DNA of 64,000 nt from a candidate division WWE3 bacterium (lineage in GTDB: Bacteria > Patescibacteriota > WWE3 > JAPLWK01), in the NCBI GenBank assembly GCA_026396615.1, contig JAPLWK010000010.1:133916-197915 (forward strand). Reading direction: 5' to 3'. Positions 1 through 9,204 of the stretch are shown here, piece by piece; within the stretch, counting starts at the first letter, position 1; every line of letters starts with the position of its first letter. Under the pieces are notes generated by a model. The model saw only the letters and a list, made by a program, of their open reading frames with translations. It made no database searches and was not told the origin of the DNA. Both the position numbers and the translations under genes were made by a program.

Positions 1-10
1 TAGGCTGAAG

Positions 11-445
11 ATGGATCATATTGCCATCATGAAAAAGGAGTGGGGGCTGCTTCCGAAGATACTATCCGGCGTTAAAACTGTGGAAGCGCGTTGGTACAAG
101 TCTAAAATAGCACCGTGGGGCAAGATCAAAGCCGGTGATACTATATATTTTAAAGATTCTGGCGGCCCGGTTTCCGTTAAAGCTGCAGTTACAAATGTCA
201 CCCAATACGAAATTACAAGTAATCAACAAGCTCTAGAAATAATGAGTCAATATGCCATAGATGACCTAGGGACATCTGAAATTCCAGAATCAGTTAAAAA
301 CTATATAACCGAAAAAAAGTACGCCATTTTCGTCCGTTTTGACCGAGTTGAAAAGATCACTCCCTTTGAGGTTGATAAGACTGGGTTTGGTTTGCAGTGC
401 GTTTGGATGCGTGTTGAGAACATAAAAAACCGCACTAATCTGTAA
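11..445 (+). CDS. ASCH domain protein
   Basis: ILSGVKTVEAR...IKAGDTIYF resembles the ASCH/PUA-like GxKxxExR signature. Confidence 0.75.
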   Translation: MDHIAIMKKEWGLLPKILSGVKTVEARWYKSKIAPWGKIKAGDTIYFKDSGGPVSVKAAVTNVTQYEITSNQQALEIMSQYAIDDLGTSEIPESVKNYITEKKYAIFVRFDRVEKITPFEVDKTGFGLQCVWMRVENIKNRTNL

Positions 446-470
446 AGATTTCGTGCGGCTTTCTGTTTAG

Positions 471-1112
471 TTACTTAGCTTTTATAGCCTCCTCGTATTT
501 TTGTAATGTCAATTTAGCTTTCTCAACTCCCTCGCGATACACATCCGGCAATCCTTCAGGGTACAGCACGTTTATCCAATTTGGATTGAGCCAACTCAGT
601 TCCAATCGGTCCGCAAAAGCCCCATCGACACGCACCGTTCGTAAATGTCGACCAGTTACCATGTAACCGACCCTCTCGAGAGCTTTTCGTGACGGTATAT
701 TTGGCTCCTTAACTTCTGTTGCAATAGTAGCTCGGTTAAGGGTATAGGCAGCAAAGCCGGTCCTCAGGATATGCGCACCCGAGGCAATACCCTGGTGCCA
801 CAAATCAGTTCTGAAAATAATTATTCCCGATTTACAGCTTTGATAATGATTCACTTCGCCTAAGCTAGTAATACCAACTAACTCATCATTGTCATCTATA
901 GTTATTGCCCAAATGTAGCTTGTTCTATCTATTCGGTTTCGCTCGAACCAATCCATTTCATCCGACTCGGTGAACCCGCCAATTTGCAAGGTAAAACGCT
1001 GTACGATTGGATTACTCATATAATCTGCCACGACACCCATTTCTGTTTTGCGACACGGTCGTAGTTGAATTAAGTGACTAGCGCCATGAATACTCAATTT
1101 TGGACCGAACAT
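471..1112 (-). CDS. GNAT family N-acetyltransferase (RimJ/RimL type)
   Basis: WHQGIAS acetyl-CoA motif A and NIPSRKALERVGY motif B. Confidence 0.85.
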   Translation of the reverse strand: MFGPKLSIHGASHLIQLRPCRKTEMGVVADYMSNPIVQRFTLQIGGFTESDEMDWFERNRIDRTSYIWAITIDDNDELVGITSLGEVNHYQSCKSGIIIFRTDLWHQGIASGAHILRTGFAAYTLNRATIATEVKEPNIPSRKALERVGYMVTGRHLRTVRVDGAFADRLELSWLNPNWINVLYPEGLPDVYREGVEKAKLTLQKYEEAIKAK

Positions 1113-1200
1113 TTTCTTTCTCCCATCTTAATTTGATTTAATCGACCATCAAAGCGACTGAGGTTATATTCGACCCCAAAACGAAGTCCTTAAAAACACT

Positions 1201-1357
1201 AAAGCCTCCGTTTTGGAGGCTTATCTACTGCGGTTTAAATTGTAAATTGTTAAATTAGTAGATAAGCCATAAAGTAGGTAGAACCCATATCACCGCTCGT
1301 ATGAGCGGCGACACAAGGATTAATATTAGTTTGTAATTCGAAACAATAACGGTTCAT
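1201..1357 (-). promoter_or_regulatory. Putative leader-peptide attenuator upstream of the GNAT gene
   Basis: 35-aa leader ORF 1357..1250; terminator hairpin 1202-1222; competing 12-bp inverted repeat 1218-1229/1257-1268. Confidence 0.6.
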
Positions 1358-1408
1358 ATAGTCCTGTAGTATACTTTAATAATCTATTTTGTCAACTTTA
1401 AGTTTATA

Positions 1409-1492
1409 TGGTGCGCGGGAGAGGAATCGAACCTCCACACCTTGCGGCATACGCACCTCAAGCGTACGTGTATACCATTTCACCACCCGCGC
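1409..1492 (-). tRNA. tRNA-Leu(GAG)
   Basis: Reverse complement GCGCGGG...TTGAGGT loop, long variable arm, GGTTCGATTCC, encoded CCA. Confidence 0.95.
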
Positions 1493-1565
1493 GTGTTCTC
1501 TTATATAAATTTATACATCAAAGTATGACTACTTCGTAGTCATGTATTTACCGTGGCGATAAATA

Positions 1566-1594
1566 TAGCGCGTCTGCCATTTCGCCACCTCGGC
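1566..1594 (-). pseudogene. 5' fragment of a tRNA (Leu-like D-arm), 3' half missing
   Basis: Reverse complement GCCGAGGTGGCGAAATGGCAGACGCGCTA is an acceptor 5' strand plus D-arm; no T-arm or 3' strand follows. Confidence 0.65.
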
Positions 1595-1602
1595 TTGCTG
1601 TT

Positions 1603-1677
1603 TGGTGACCTCGGTGAGATTCGAACTCACGACGACTTCCTTAAAAGGGAAGTGCTCTACCACTGAGCTACGAGGCC
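1603..1677 (-). tRNA. tRNA-Lys(TTT)
   Basis: Reverse complement GGCCTCG...CTTCC-CTTTTAA-GGAAG...GTTCGAATC...CCA. Confidence 0.95.
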
Positions 1678-1761
1678 AAGTATGGCCATTCTATCGCCTT
1701 AACCTGATTTTAACAACTAGTATTAGGCCTGTTTTTGCGATAAAATGCCAATCGCGACCGA

Positions 1762-1796
1762 TTAAATGATAAATGTTTAATGGTCAATGATCAATT
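1762..1796 (+). repeat. Degenerate heptamer tandem repeat (NNNAATG x5) in the tRNA-Glu leader
   Basis: ttaaatg ataaatg tttaatg gtcaatg atcaatt. Confidence 0.6.
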
Positions 1797-1802
1797 CCAC
1801 TT

Positions 1803-1879
1803 GACCCCATCGTCTAGTGGCCTAGGATATCTGGTTTTCATCCAGGAGATCGCGGGTTCGAATCCCGCTGGGGTCACCA
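1803..1879 (+). tRNA. tRNA-Glu(TTC)
   Basis: GACCCCA...CTGG-TTTTCAT-CCAG...GGTTCGAATCC...TGGGGTC-ACCA. Confidence 0.95.
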
Positions 1880-2035
1880 CGTAAAGATCCTGACGAGTGG
1901 CCATCACAAGTCTAGAGATTTACATTGTCACGTTTACCTTCTAGGCATTACGTGACAGTAAAGAAAGATCTAACGTGGCACAGCCATTAAGACTAAGCTG
2001 TTGCATTTTGGAAAATACGTGGCCATAATACTCGC

Positions 2036-2416
2036 ATGGCTAAAGTCTTAATCGTTGAAGACGATTTAAATTTATATACCCTTTACCAAACTGAATTTGA
2101 GTTTTCCGGGCACGCTACCATTAATAATAACACTGGTGACGGTGTAAACGAGCTTATAAAGAAGGAACATCCCGACATTGTCCTCTTAGACATTATGCTT
2201 CCCAAAAAAGATGGTTTAACTATCTTATCTGAAATTAAAGCCGATCAAGAAATTAAGGACACTCCGGCGATAATGCTCACTAATTTTGGTAACGAAGAAA
2301 ATGTTAAAAAAGCCATTGATACCGGAGCGGAAGATTTTATTTTAAAATTTAAATCAGTGCCGTCAGAAGTAGTTGCTAAAGTAGAAGAGATCATAAAGCG
2401 AAAGGCGGCTAAATAA
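2036..2416 (+). CDS. Single-domain response regulator (receiver)
   Basis: VLIVEDD, LLDIMLP, MLTN, FILK receiver motifs. Confidence 0.92.
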   Translation: MAKVLIVEDDLNLYTLYQTEFEFSGHATINNNTGDGVNELIKKEHPDIVLLDIMLPKKDGLTILSEIKADQEIKDTPAIMLTNFGNEENVKKAIDTGAEDFILKFKSVPSEVVAKVEEIIKRKAAK

Positions 2417-2419
2417 GTT

Positions 2420-2704
2420 ATGGGTGGACTTGACGATTATAAAAAAGTAATGAGTGAGATTATTCAGCGCCAAATGGTCATTTTGGGGCCGGATATTTCT
2501 TTACTTAAGGCGCGAAATGTTGAAGGATTAGCGGTAGGCAGTGATGGTTTTGTGACTAACGTTGGCGGCGATCCCTCGGAAACGCTACAAAAATTAATTG
2601 ATGAGTACGTAGCCTTATCCGGTTTAATTGTTAAAAAAGCCATGGAGCCGTTACTTAAAAAATACCCTAATTTAGCGGTCGCGTCAGGTGTTTTAGCAAA
2701 GTAA
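2420..2704 (+). CDS. Hypothetical protein in the two-component operon
   Basis: 94-aa ORF tightly packed between the receiver and kinase genes. Confidence 0.75.
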   Translation: MGGLDDYKKVMSEIIQRQMVILGPDISLLKARNVEGLAVGSDGFVTNVGGDPSETLQKLIDEYVALSGLIVKKAMEPLLKKYPNLAVASGVLAK

Positions 2705-2707
2705 TTT

Positions 2708-3022
2708 ATGCTAGGTAGATTAATTTTAACTTACAGCGGGCCGATGATAGGCAGTAGCATGCTTTACGTGGCTATTAATTTAGTTGTTTTTTTATTAACC
2801 TTGCTTTTGGTCCTGCGGATTGGGACTGGAAAAATTGCTCAGCCACTTTTAATCATTAGCTTTGGTTTTTTAGTTTCAGCGATTTTGCCTCTTATTTGGG
2901 GGAGTCAAGTTTTATGGGTGGTTCCAATTGTCCAAAGTATTTTTGGCCTTCTTGGTATGCTCATGTTCATGCAAATTTTAGGGGTTTTTGTGCTCCTCTC
3001 CGTAAAGCCAGAACAGAAGTGA
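2708..3022 (+). CDS. Small membrane protein (about 3 TM)
   Basis: Hydrophobic 104-aa ORF in the operon. Confidence 0.7.
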   Translation: MLGRLILTYSGPMIGSSMLYVAINLVVFLLTLLLVLRIGTGKIAQPLLIISFGFLVSAILPLIWGSQVLWVVPIVQSIFGLLGMLMFMQILGVFVLLSVKPEQK

Positions 3023-3038
3023 TGTTTTTCATTAATAC

Positions 3039-4718
3039 ATGCTGCCCGTTTTCGTAATCGCCTTTTTAATACTGCTCGTTATTATATTATTCGTAGTTTT
3101 CTTAATTTCTCAAAGAAAATATTATAATTTAGATCAAGCTGTAAAAATTCACAGTGTACAATTAAATCGTAAACTTTATGAAAATGCGATTCTCGCAGAG
3201 ATCGGCGATCGGATTGGCTACTCTTTAAATGTTACTAAAATCGCGGAAATTATTACCGGTTCCCTTTCCAACCTAGTTCCATTTTCGACCACTTCTTACC
3301 TAATTATCGAAAGTGACCGATTGCTACTGCGCACTAACCTGCGGGAATCAGTTTCGGAAGCCTTTATTAAGGAGGTAAAGAAACGTATGTTGGCGTCCCT
3401 TATCGCTCTATCGGTTGTTGACTACACCAAATTTAAAGTTGACGAGGGGACTTTTGGTTCTTTAACCTCCGAAACCAATAAAAACAAGATTGGCTCTTTT
3501 TTTAACATTCCGTTAGTAATAAATGACAAGTTAACCGGAATTATAAATATTGCTTCTACCAATGTTGGTTTGTACCAAGAAGCGGATATTAATGTTTTAT
3601 ATAAAATTGCCGCTAAAGCCTCGGATGCCGTTTCTCGCTTACAAACAGTCATTGAAACGGAGAAAGGGAAGTTGGAAATGATGGTGGAAAGTTTGGCTGA
3701 TGGTGTAATGATGCTTAATAATTTCACACGTTTAATGATTATTAACCCTGCCGCCAAAACATTTTTAGGGATTACTGCCGATACCGTCGATTTAATAGAT
3801 GTAGTAACGATTATAGAAAGGTCCACCCCCTTGATGGCCCAAATTAAGGAGGTTACCGCGACTTTAAAAACAATTAAGGTTTCACAATTTCTTCTGAATG
3901 AGCGTTTTTTAGAATTAATTATTTCTCCGGTTTTAGACCAATCCGGTCTTTTAGGGATTGCCATTATAATCCGTGATCGGACTTCGGAACGGACTTTAGA
4001 GCGACTGCGTGATGATTTTACGGCGATGATGGTTCATGAGTTGCGAACCCCTTTGAGTGTTATGTATGGCACCAGCGACTTACTTTTAAAAAGAATTACG
4101 CAACTGAATCCTGCTAAAACTACAGAATTACTTGGTAATATTAAAGATTCCAGCCATTATCTTTTAGACATGGTTAATGATATTTTAGATGCGGCTAAAA
4201 TTGAAGCCGGTAAATTTAAAGTCGTCCCAATATCCGGGGATTTAAGAACGATATTAGTTGATGAGACTCAATATTTTGAAAATGTAGCTTCTCAAAAAGG
4301 CTTAACGATCAAAATCGACGTTACCGATAATTTACCACCGGTACTTTTTGATAAATCTAGGATTATTCAGGTCCTAAATAATCTAATAAGTAACGCCGTT
4401 AAGTTTACAATAAAAGGATCAGTTACTTTGGGGGCTACTATTATCGTTGGCGAAAATATGGCTAAAATATCGGTGAGCGATACCGGGGTGGGGATAGATA
4501 AAGAGGCACAACTAAGGCTTTTTAATAAATTCGAGCAATTACGAAACACGGTCGACCCTAATTCTAAAGGAACCGGTCTCGGGCTTGTTATAGCCAAAGG
4601 AATTGTGGAAGCTCACGGCGGTAAGATTTGGTTGGAAAGTTTGGAGGGTCACGGCACAACGTTCTTTTTTACTCTGCCTTTGGCAGTAGATCAAGTATCG
4701 GCGTTAAAAAACAACTAA
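3039..4718 (+). CDS. Sensor histidine kinase (TM, GAF-like, PAS, HisKA, HATPase)
   Basis: VHELRTPL H-box, NLISNAVKF N-box, DTGVG G1, GTGLGL G2. Confidence 0.95.
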   Translation: MLPVFVIAFLILLVIILFVVFLISQRKYYNLDQAVKIHSVQLNRKLYENAILAEIGDRIGYSLNVTKIAEIITGSLSNLVPFSTTSYLIIESDRLLLRTNLRESVSEAFIKEVKKRMLASLIALSVVDYTKFKVDEGTFGSLTSETNKNKIGSFFNIPLVINDKLTGIINIASTNVGLYQEADINVLYKIAAKASDAVSRLQTVIETEKGKLEMMVESLADGVMMLNNFTRLMIINPAAKTFLGITADTVDLIDVVTIIERSTPLMAQIKEVTATLKTIKVSQFLLNERFLELIISPVLDQSGLLGIAIIIRDRTSERTLERLRDDFTAMMVHELRTPLSVMYGTSDLLLKRITQLNPAKTTELLGNIKDSSHYLLDMVNDILDAAKIEAGKFKVVPISGDLRTILVDETQYFENVASQKGLTIKIDVTDNLPPVLFDKSRIIQVLNNLISNAVKFTIKGSVTLGATIIVGENMAKISVSDTGVGIDKEAQLRLFNKFEQLRNTVDPNSKGTGLGLVIAKGIVEAHGGKIWLESLEGHGTTFFFTLPLAVDQVSALKNN

Positions 4719-4816
4719 ATTAAGACTATTGAGACCATTACGACCATTAAGATTATTTATCGCTCTTCGAAACCGCTAAATGATCTTAATAGCATTAATA
4801 GACTTAATCGGTCAAT
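4719..4816. repeat. 9-nt periodic repeats arranged as an imperfect inverted repeat
   Basis: attaagact attgagacc attacgacc attaagatt, then complementary aatgatctt aatagcatt aatagactt. Confidence 0.55.
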
Positions 4817-4821
4817 AGCGT

Positions 4822-6201
4822 ATGAACCCTTTTATTTTTAGAAAAGATGATATTCGCGGAATTGTTGGTAGTGATTGGTCCTACAATGACGCCTTAGAGA
4901 TTGGCAAAGCTTGGGGAACCTGGCTGCGGAAACACAATGTTAAGCAGTGTCTTTTAGGTCGAGATAATCGATTAACCAGTGAAAAAATTGCTCAAAATAT
5001 AGCTTCCGGTATGGTCGAAACGGGAATTGACGTTGTCGATTTTGGTTTAGCCACTACCCCAATGATTTACTGGTCGCGTTACCGATTTGGTTTTGGAAAA
5101 GTAGGAAGTGTGGAAATAACCGGCTCTCATAATCCGCCGGAGTATAACGGTTTGAAGCCTTGTTTTAACGATGCTACGACTATTACTGGTGATGATATTC
5201 AAGAATTACGTCGCACGCTTGATAAGCGTTCTTATATTGTTGGCGAGGGCAGTCTTAAAAAAGCGGATATCTCCTTGGAATATCTGGCAGACATAAAAGC
5301 CAGTTTGCTTAAAGTTGATTTAAAGCCGATTAGAAAGCTAAAGGTTGTCATGGACAGCGGGAACGCTCTTGGTGGTTACTTCGCGGCGCCGCTGTATCGA
5401 GATTTGGGACACGAAGTCATTGAAATTCACAGTCGACTGGACGGCACTTTTCCGAATCACATTCCCGATCCTTCAGTTGGTTTTAATCTTATGGAACTGC
5501 TAGAGAAAGTACGGACTAATAAGGCCGATATTGGAATTTCTTATGATGGCGATGTGGATCGCCTTAATGTAATCGATGAAACCGGTTACGTGGTGTGGGC
5601 TGACGGAATATTGGCTTTGTTGTCACGTTACTTTTTAAAATTATCTAAAAACGAGCCCATACTCTATAACACTCAATGTTCGCCGGGACTGGAAGAAGAT
5701 ATTATCGCGAACGGTGGTAAACCGGTCTGTGTACCAACGGGTCACGCCATTGTGTCGGACTATTTAAAGCGCTATCAAGGGAAGTTGGCCGGTGAATATA
5801 AAGGTCATATCTACATTGCTGATCATTATTACGGTTTTGATGATGCCATTTATGCCGGAGCCCGGGTACTTCAGCTTCTCGCGGCTTCAGATCTCCCTTT
5901 GTCGAAGTTGCTTGGCGGTGTTCCCTTTTACAAAGCCACCGGTGAAATCGCGATTCCCACCTCCGATGAGCAGAAATTTGTAACTATGAAAAAATTGGCC
6001 GAGTTTTTTAAAGATAAATATTTCGTGGCTGATTACGAAGGTGATTTACGGATAAAATTTGGAGCGGATTTGACCGATACCTGGGGGATGATTCGCAAAA
6101 GCGATACCATGCCAAAACTTGAGGTTTACGTATGGAGTAAAACCGATGAGAATTTAACCGCGGCTCGCGATATTATGGTAGAACAGGTTAATAAGTATTA
6201 A
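4822..6201 (+). CDS. Phosphomannomutase/phosphoglucomutase
   Basis: TGSHNP catalytic serine loop and DGDVDR metal loop. Confidence 0.92.
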   Translation: MNPFIFRKDDIRGIVGSDWSYNDALEIGKAWGTWLRKHNVKQCLLGRDNRLTSEKIAQNIASGMVETGIDVVDFGLATTPMIYWSRYRFGFGKVGSVEITGSHNPPEYNGLKPCFNDATTITGDDIQELRRTLDKRSYIVGEGSLKKADISLEYLADIKASLLKVDLKPIRKLKVVMDSGNALGGYFAAPLYRDLGHEVIEIHSRLDGTFPNHIPDPSVGFNLMELLEKVRTNKADIGISYDGDVDRLNVIDETGYVVWADGILALLSRYFLKLSKNEPILYNTQCSPGLEEDIIANGGKPVCVPTGHAIVSDYLKRYQGKLAGEYKGHIYIADHYYGFDDAIYAGARVLQLLAASDLPLSKLLGGVPFYKATGEIAIPTSDEQKFVTMKKLAEFFKDKYFVADYEGDLRIKFGADLTDTWGMIRKSDTMPKLEVYVWSKTDENLTAARDIMVEQVNKY

Positions 6202-6938
6202 TGATTACTTCAACTAAACATCTATTAACTAAACGCATGGCAGTGGCCGCTTTTAATTTTGGCACTTTAGATATTGCTCAGTCTATTTTGGCCGGAGCAA
6301 CGAGTCTTGCGGAGCCTTTCATCTTTGAGCTAAACGCTAAAGAAGCCGATTTTATAGGGATTGGAACGGCCTTTGTCATTGCGGAATCATTCTCTAAAAA
6401 CAGTTTAGTCGATTTCTCGTTGCATCTTGATCATTGTTCCGACGTCGATACGGTCTTAAAAGCGGCGGCGGCCGGTTTTACCTCCGGGCTAATCGATATC
6501 TCAGAAATGCAGGTCGAAACAGGTTTTAGGTTGGTAGCAAAACTTAAAGAAAAATTACCTAAAGATTTTTTGCTGGAGGTAACCGTAAGTAGTCCCAGTC
6601 AGGCCTTACATCTAGATGAACTGGGGGCGAATCTTTTGGCGGTTGAGAAAGATAATTTTTGCGATTTGTCACTTCTTAAGTCAGTTCGAAGGATCACCAA
6701 TTTACCTTTAGTAATGCATGGCGGATCCAGTCGGTCTATGAATGAAATTCAAGAGGCTATTCGTTTAGGGGTAGTTAAAATAAACATGAATACCTGCCTT
6801 CGTAAAGCTTGGCGAGAGGGTTTGGAAAGTACTTTTAAAGAGAATTCAGACATGTTACAGTCTTATGAGTTATTGAAGAAGTCTAAAGAACTAGTTAAGC
6901 AGGTAGTTATAGAAAAGATACGATATGTCTGCCCATAA
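6201..6938 (+). CDS. fba: Class II fructose-bisphosphate aldolase (shortened, divergent)
   Basis: AVAAFN, LHLDH, LVMHGGS, KINMNT motifs. Confidence 0.8.
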   Translation: MITSTKHLLTKRMAVAAFNFGTLDIAQSILAGATSLAEPFIFELNAKEADFIGIGTAFVIAESFSKNSLVDFSLHLDHCSDVDTVLKAAAAGFTSGLIDISEMQVETGFRLVAKLKEKLPKDFLLEVTVSSPSQALHLDELGANLLAVEKDNFCDLSLLKSVRRITNLPLVMHGGSSRSMNEIQEAIRLGVVKINMNTCLRKAWREGLESTFKENSDMLQSYELLKKSKELVKQVVIEKIRYVCP

Positions 6939-9204
6939 GTATAAATACATAAAATGGTTTTCGGAGCTCCATCGCACCGACACCGATATTGCCGGTGGTA
7001 AGGGAGCCAATCTGGGGGAATTGGTGAACGCCGGCATTCCGGTACTACCTGGTTTTGTAGTGACAGTTAACGCCTACTTTGACTTTTTAGATAAAACTTC
7101 GCTTAAACAAAAAATAAAAACTGAACTCAAAGATTTAGACTACGAAGATTCTAAGGCTTTACAGAGCGCTTCAGCCCGGATTCGGAAAGCCTTTTTAGCC
7201 TCAGAGCTGCCGGAAGATATTAAGACGGATGTTACAGCAGCTTATCGGGAACTCTGTGGCAATCATGATCAGCAAGTGGCCGTTCGGTCCTCGGCGACGG
7301 CTGAAGATCTGCCGGATGCTTCATTTGCCGGGCAGCAGGAAACTTTTTTAAATACTCAAGGAGAAAAGCAAGTTCTAGAAAATTTACTACGTTGTTACGC
7401 CTCACTTTTTGAAGCCCGGGCTATTTATTATCGTAACACCGAAAAATACGATCATTTTAAAGTTGGTCTCGCCTCGCCGATTCAAATCATGGGCAAGTTT
7501 GAAGTGGCGGGAATCATGTTTACTGCCAATCCACTTACTTCCGATGAATCCCAAATTGACATTGAAGCGGCTTATGGGCTGGCGGAGCCGGTTGTACTAG
7601 GGGAACTAACTCCCGATCAATATTTGATTAAAAAAGCCCCTTTAAAAATAATTGATAAAAAAATAATTCGTCAGGAGTGGCAACGGGCCTACTCAGGGCG
7701 TCTTAAAGTTTCTAAAGATTACCAAAAACGTCAGAAATTACCGGATGCCAAGATTTTAGAGCTGGCGGCAATAGGTCTGCTGATTAACGAGCATTACGGG
7801 CATCCGCAGGACACAGAATGGGGCATGCAGTCTGGAAAGTTATTTTTAGTGCAGTCTCGTCCCATCACCACTTTACTAAAAACCAAAGATGCCCTTGATA
7901 ATCCCGAAAAGATTGACGATAGCGCAGTGGTTATTTTAACCGGGTCAGCTGCCAGTCCGGGAGTGGGTTCCGGGAAAGTGCGAATTCTTAAAAATGCCAG
8001 CGAAATTAATAAGCTAAAAGATGGCGAGGTACTGGTAACAAAAATGACTGATCCGGATTACGTTCCGGCCATGAAACGAGCTTCAGCGATTGTTACCGAC
8101 GAAGGTGGCCGCACTTCACATGCGGCGATTGTCTCTCGAGAACTCGGAGTTCCTTGTGTTGTTGGAACTAATGAAGCCACTAAAATGCTACGGACGGGCG
8201 AGGAAATTACCGTTGATGGCGCTTCCGGAAAAATTTATCAGGGAATTTATCAAATCAAAGAGAGTATTAATTTAAGTCGCTATGATGATCCGACTAATAT
8301 TAAGACGGCTACTAAGGTCTATGTCGACCTGTCAGTTCCGGAACTGGCTGCCGAAGTCTCTCAGCGTTACGTCGACGGAGTGGGTTTAATGAGGGCTGAA
8401 TTTATTATTGCTCAAGTAATTGGAGAGCATCCCAAAGCGATGTTGTCGGCCGGTCGCGGTCGCGAGTTCACTGATAAGCTGGCCACAGGGATTGAAACTT
8501 TTGCCAAAGCCTTTAATCCCCGTCAGATCGTTTATCGCGCGACAGACTTCAAAACAAACGAGTACAGGAGTCTCAAAGGCGGCGCCAAATACGAACAAGA
8601 AGAACAAAATCCGTTGATGGGCTATCGTGGGGTGAGTCGCTACATCGCCGATTCTGCTGTCTTCGAGCTGGAACTTAAGGCTCTCGATAAAGTCCGTAAC
8701 AAAATGGGTTATAAAAACGTCCATTTAATGTTGCCGTTTGTGCGAACGGTAAAAGAGTTGCAAGAGGTTAAAAAGATCGTTTCGGCCTTTGGTTTGCATC
8801 GCAGTGCTAATTTTAAATTGTGGATTATGGTGGAAGTGCCGTCAGCCGTAGTGATGCTAGATGAAATGCTGGATTGCGGAGTGGATGGCGTGTCGGTCGG
8901 GACCAATGATTTAACAATGCTAATGCTGGGTTGTGATCGAGATAATGACAAAGTGGCTAATATTTACGACGAGCGACATCCGGCGGTAATGTGGGCCTTG
9001 GAAAAAATCGTTAAAACCTGTGCTAAGCACGGGGTGACCAGTAGCATTTGCGGTCAAGCACCCTCTGACTATCCCGAAATCACTCGGAAGTTAGTGGAAT
9101 GGGGAATCACTTCAGTTTCTATTAACGTCGACGTCATCGAGAAGACTAGGCAGATTGTGCATGACGCCGAGTTAGATTTGGCCCATAAGCGTTCGCGTAA
9201 ATGA
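6925..9204 (+). CDS. ppsA: Phosphoenolpyruvate synthase
   Basis: GGKGANLGEL, VRSSATAEDLPDASFAGQQ, TSHAAIVSRELG, SICGQAPSDYP. Confidence 0.96.
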   Translation: MSAHKYKYIKWFSELHRTDTDIAGGKGANLGELVNAGIPVLPGFVVTVNAYFDFLDKTSLKQKIKTELKDLDYEDSKALQSASARIRKAFLASELPEDIKTDVTAAYRELCGNHDQQVAVRSSATAEDLPDASFAGQQETFLNTQGEKQVLENLLRCYASLFEARAIYYRNTEKYDHFKVGLASPIQIMGKFEVAGIMFTANPLTSDESQIDIEAAYGLAEPVVLGELTPDQYLIKKAPLKIIDKKIIRQEWQRAYSGRLKVSKDYQKRQKLPDAKILELAAIGLLINEHYGHPQDTEWGMQSGKLFLVQSRPITTLLKTKDALDNPEKIDDSAVVILTGSAASPGVGSGKVRILKNASEINKLKDGEVLVTKMTDPDYVPAMKRASAIVTDEGGRTSHAAIVSRELGVPCVVGTNEATKMLRTGEEITVDGASGKIYQGIYQIKESINLSRYDDPTNIKTATKVYVDLSVPELAAEVSQRYVDGVGLMRAEFIIAQVIGEHPKAMLSAGRGREFTDKLATGIETFAKAFNPRQIVYRATDFKTNEYRSLKGGAKYEQEEQNPLMGYRGVSRYIADSAVFELELKALDKVRNKMGYKNVHLMLPFVRTVKELQEVKKIVSAFGLHRSANFKLWIMVEVPSAVVMLDEMLDCGVDGVSVGTNDLTMLMLGCDRDNDKVANIYDERHPAVMWALEKIVKTCAKHGVTSSICGQAPSDYPEITRKLVEWGITSVSINVDVIEKTRQIVHDAELDLAHKRSRK

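Noticed and set aside
1880-1990. Possible ncRNA after tRNA-Glu (TGTCACGT/ACGTGACA inverted repeat)
   Set aside because: A single 8-bp stem with no further support.
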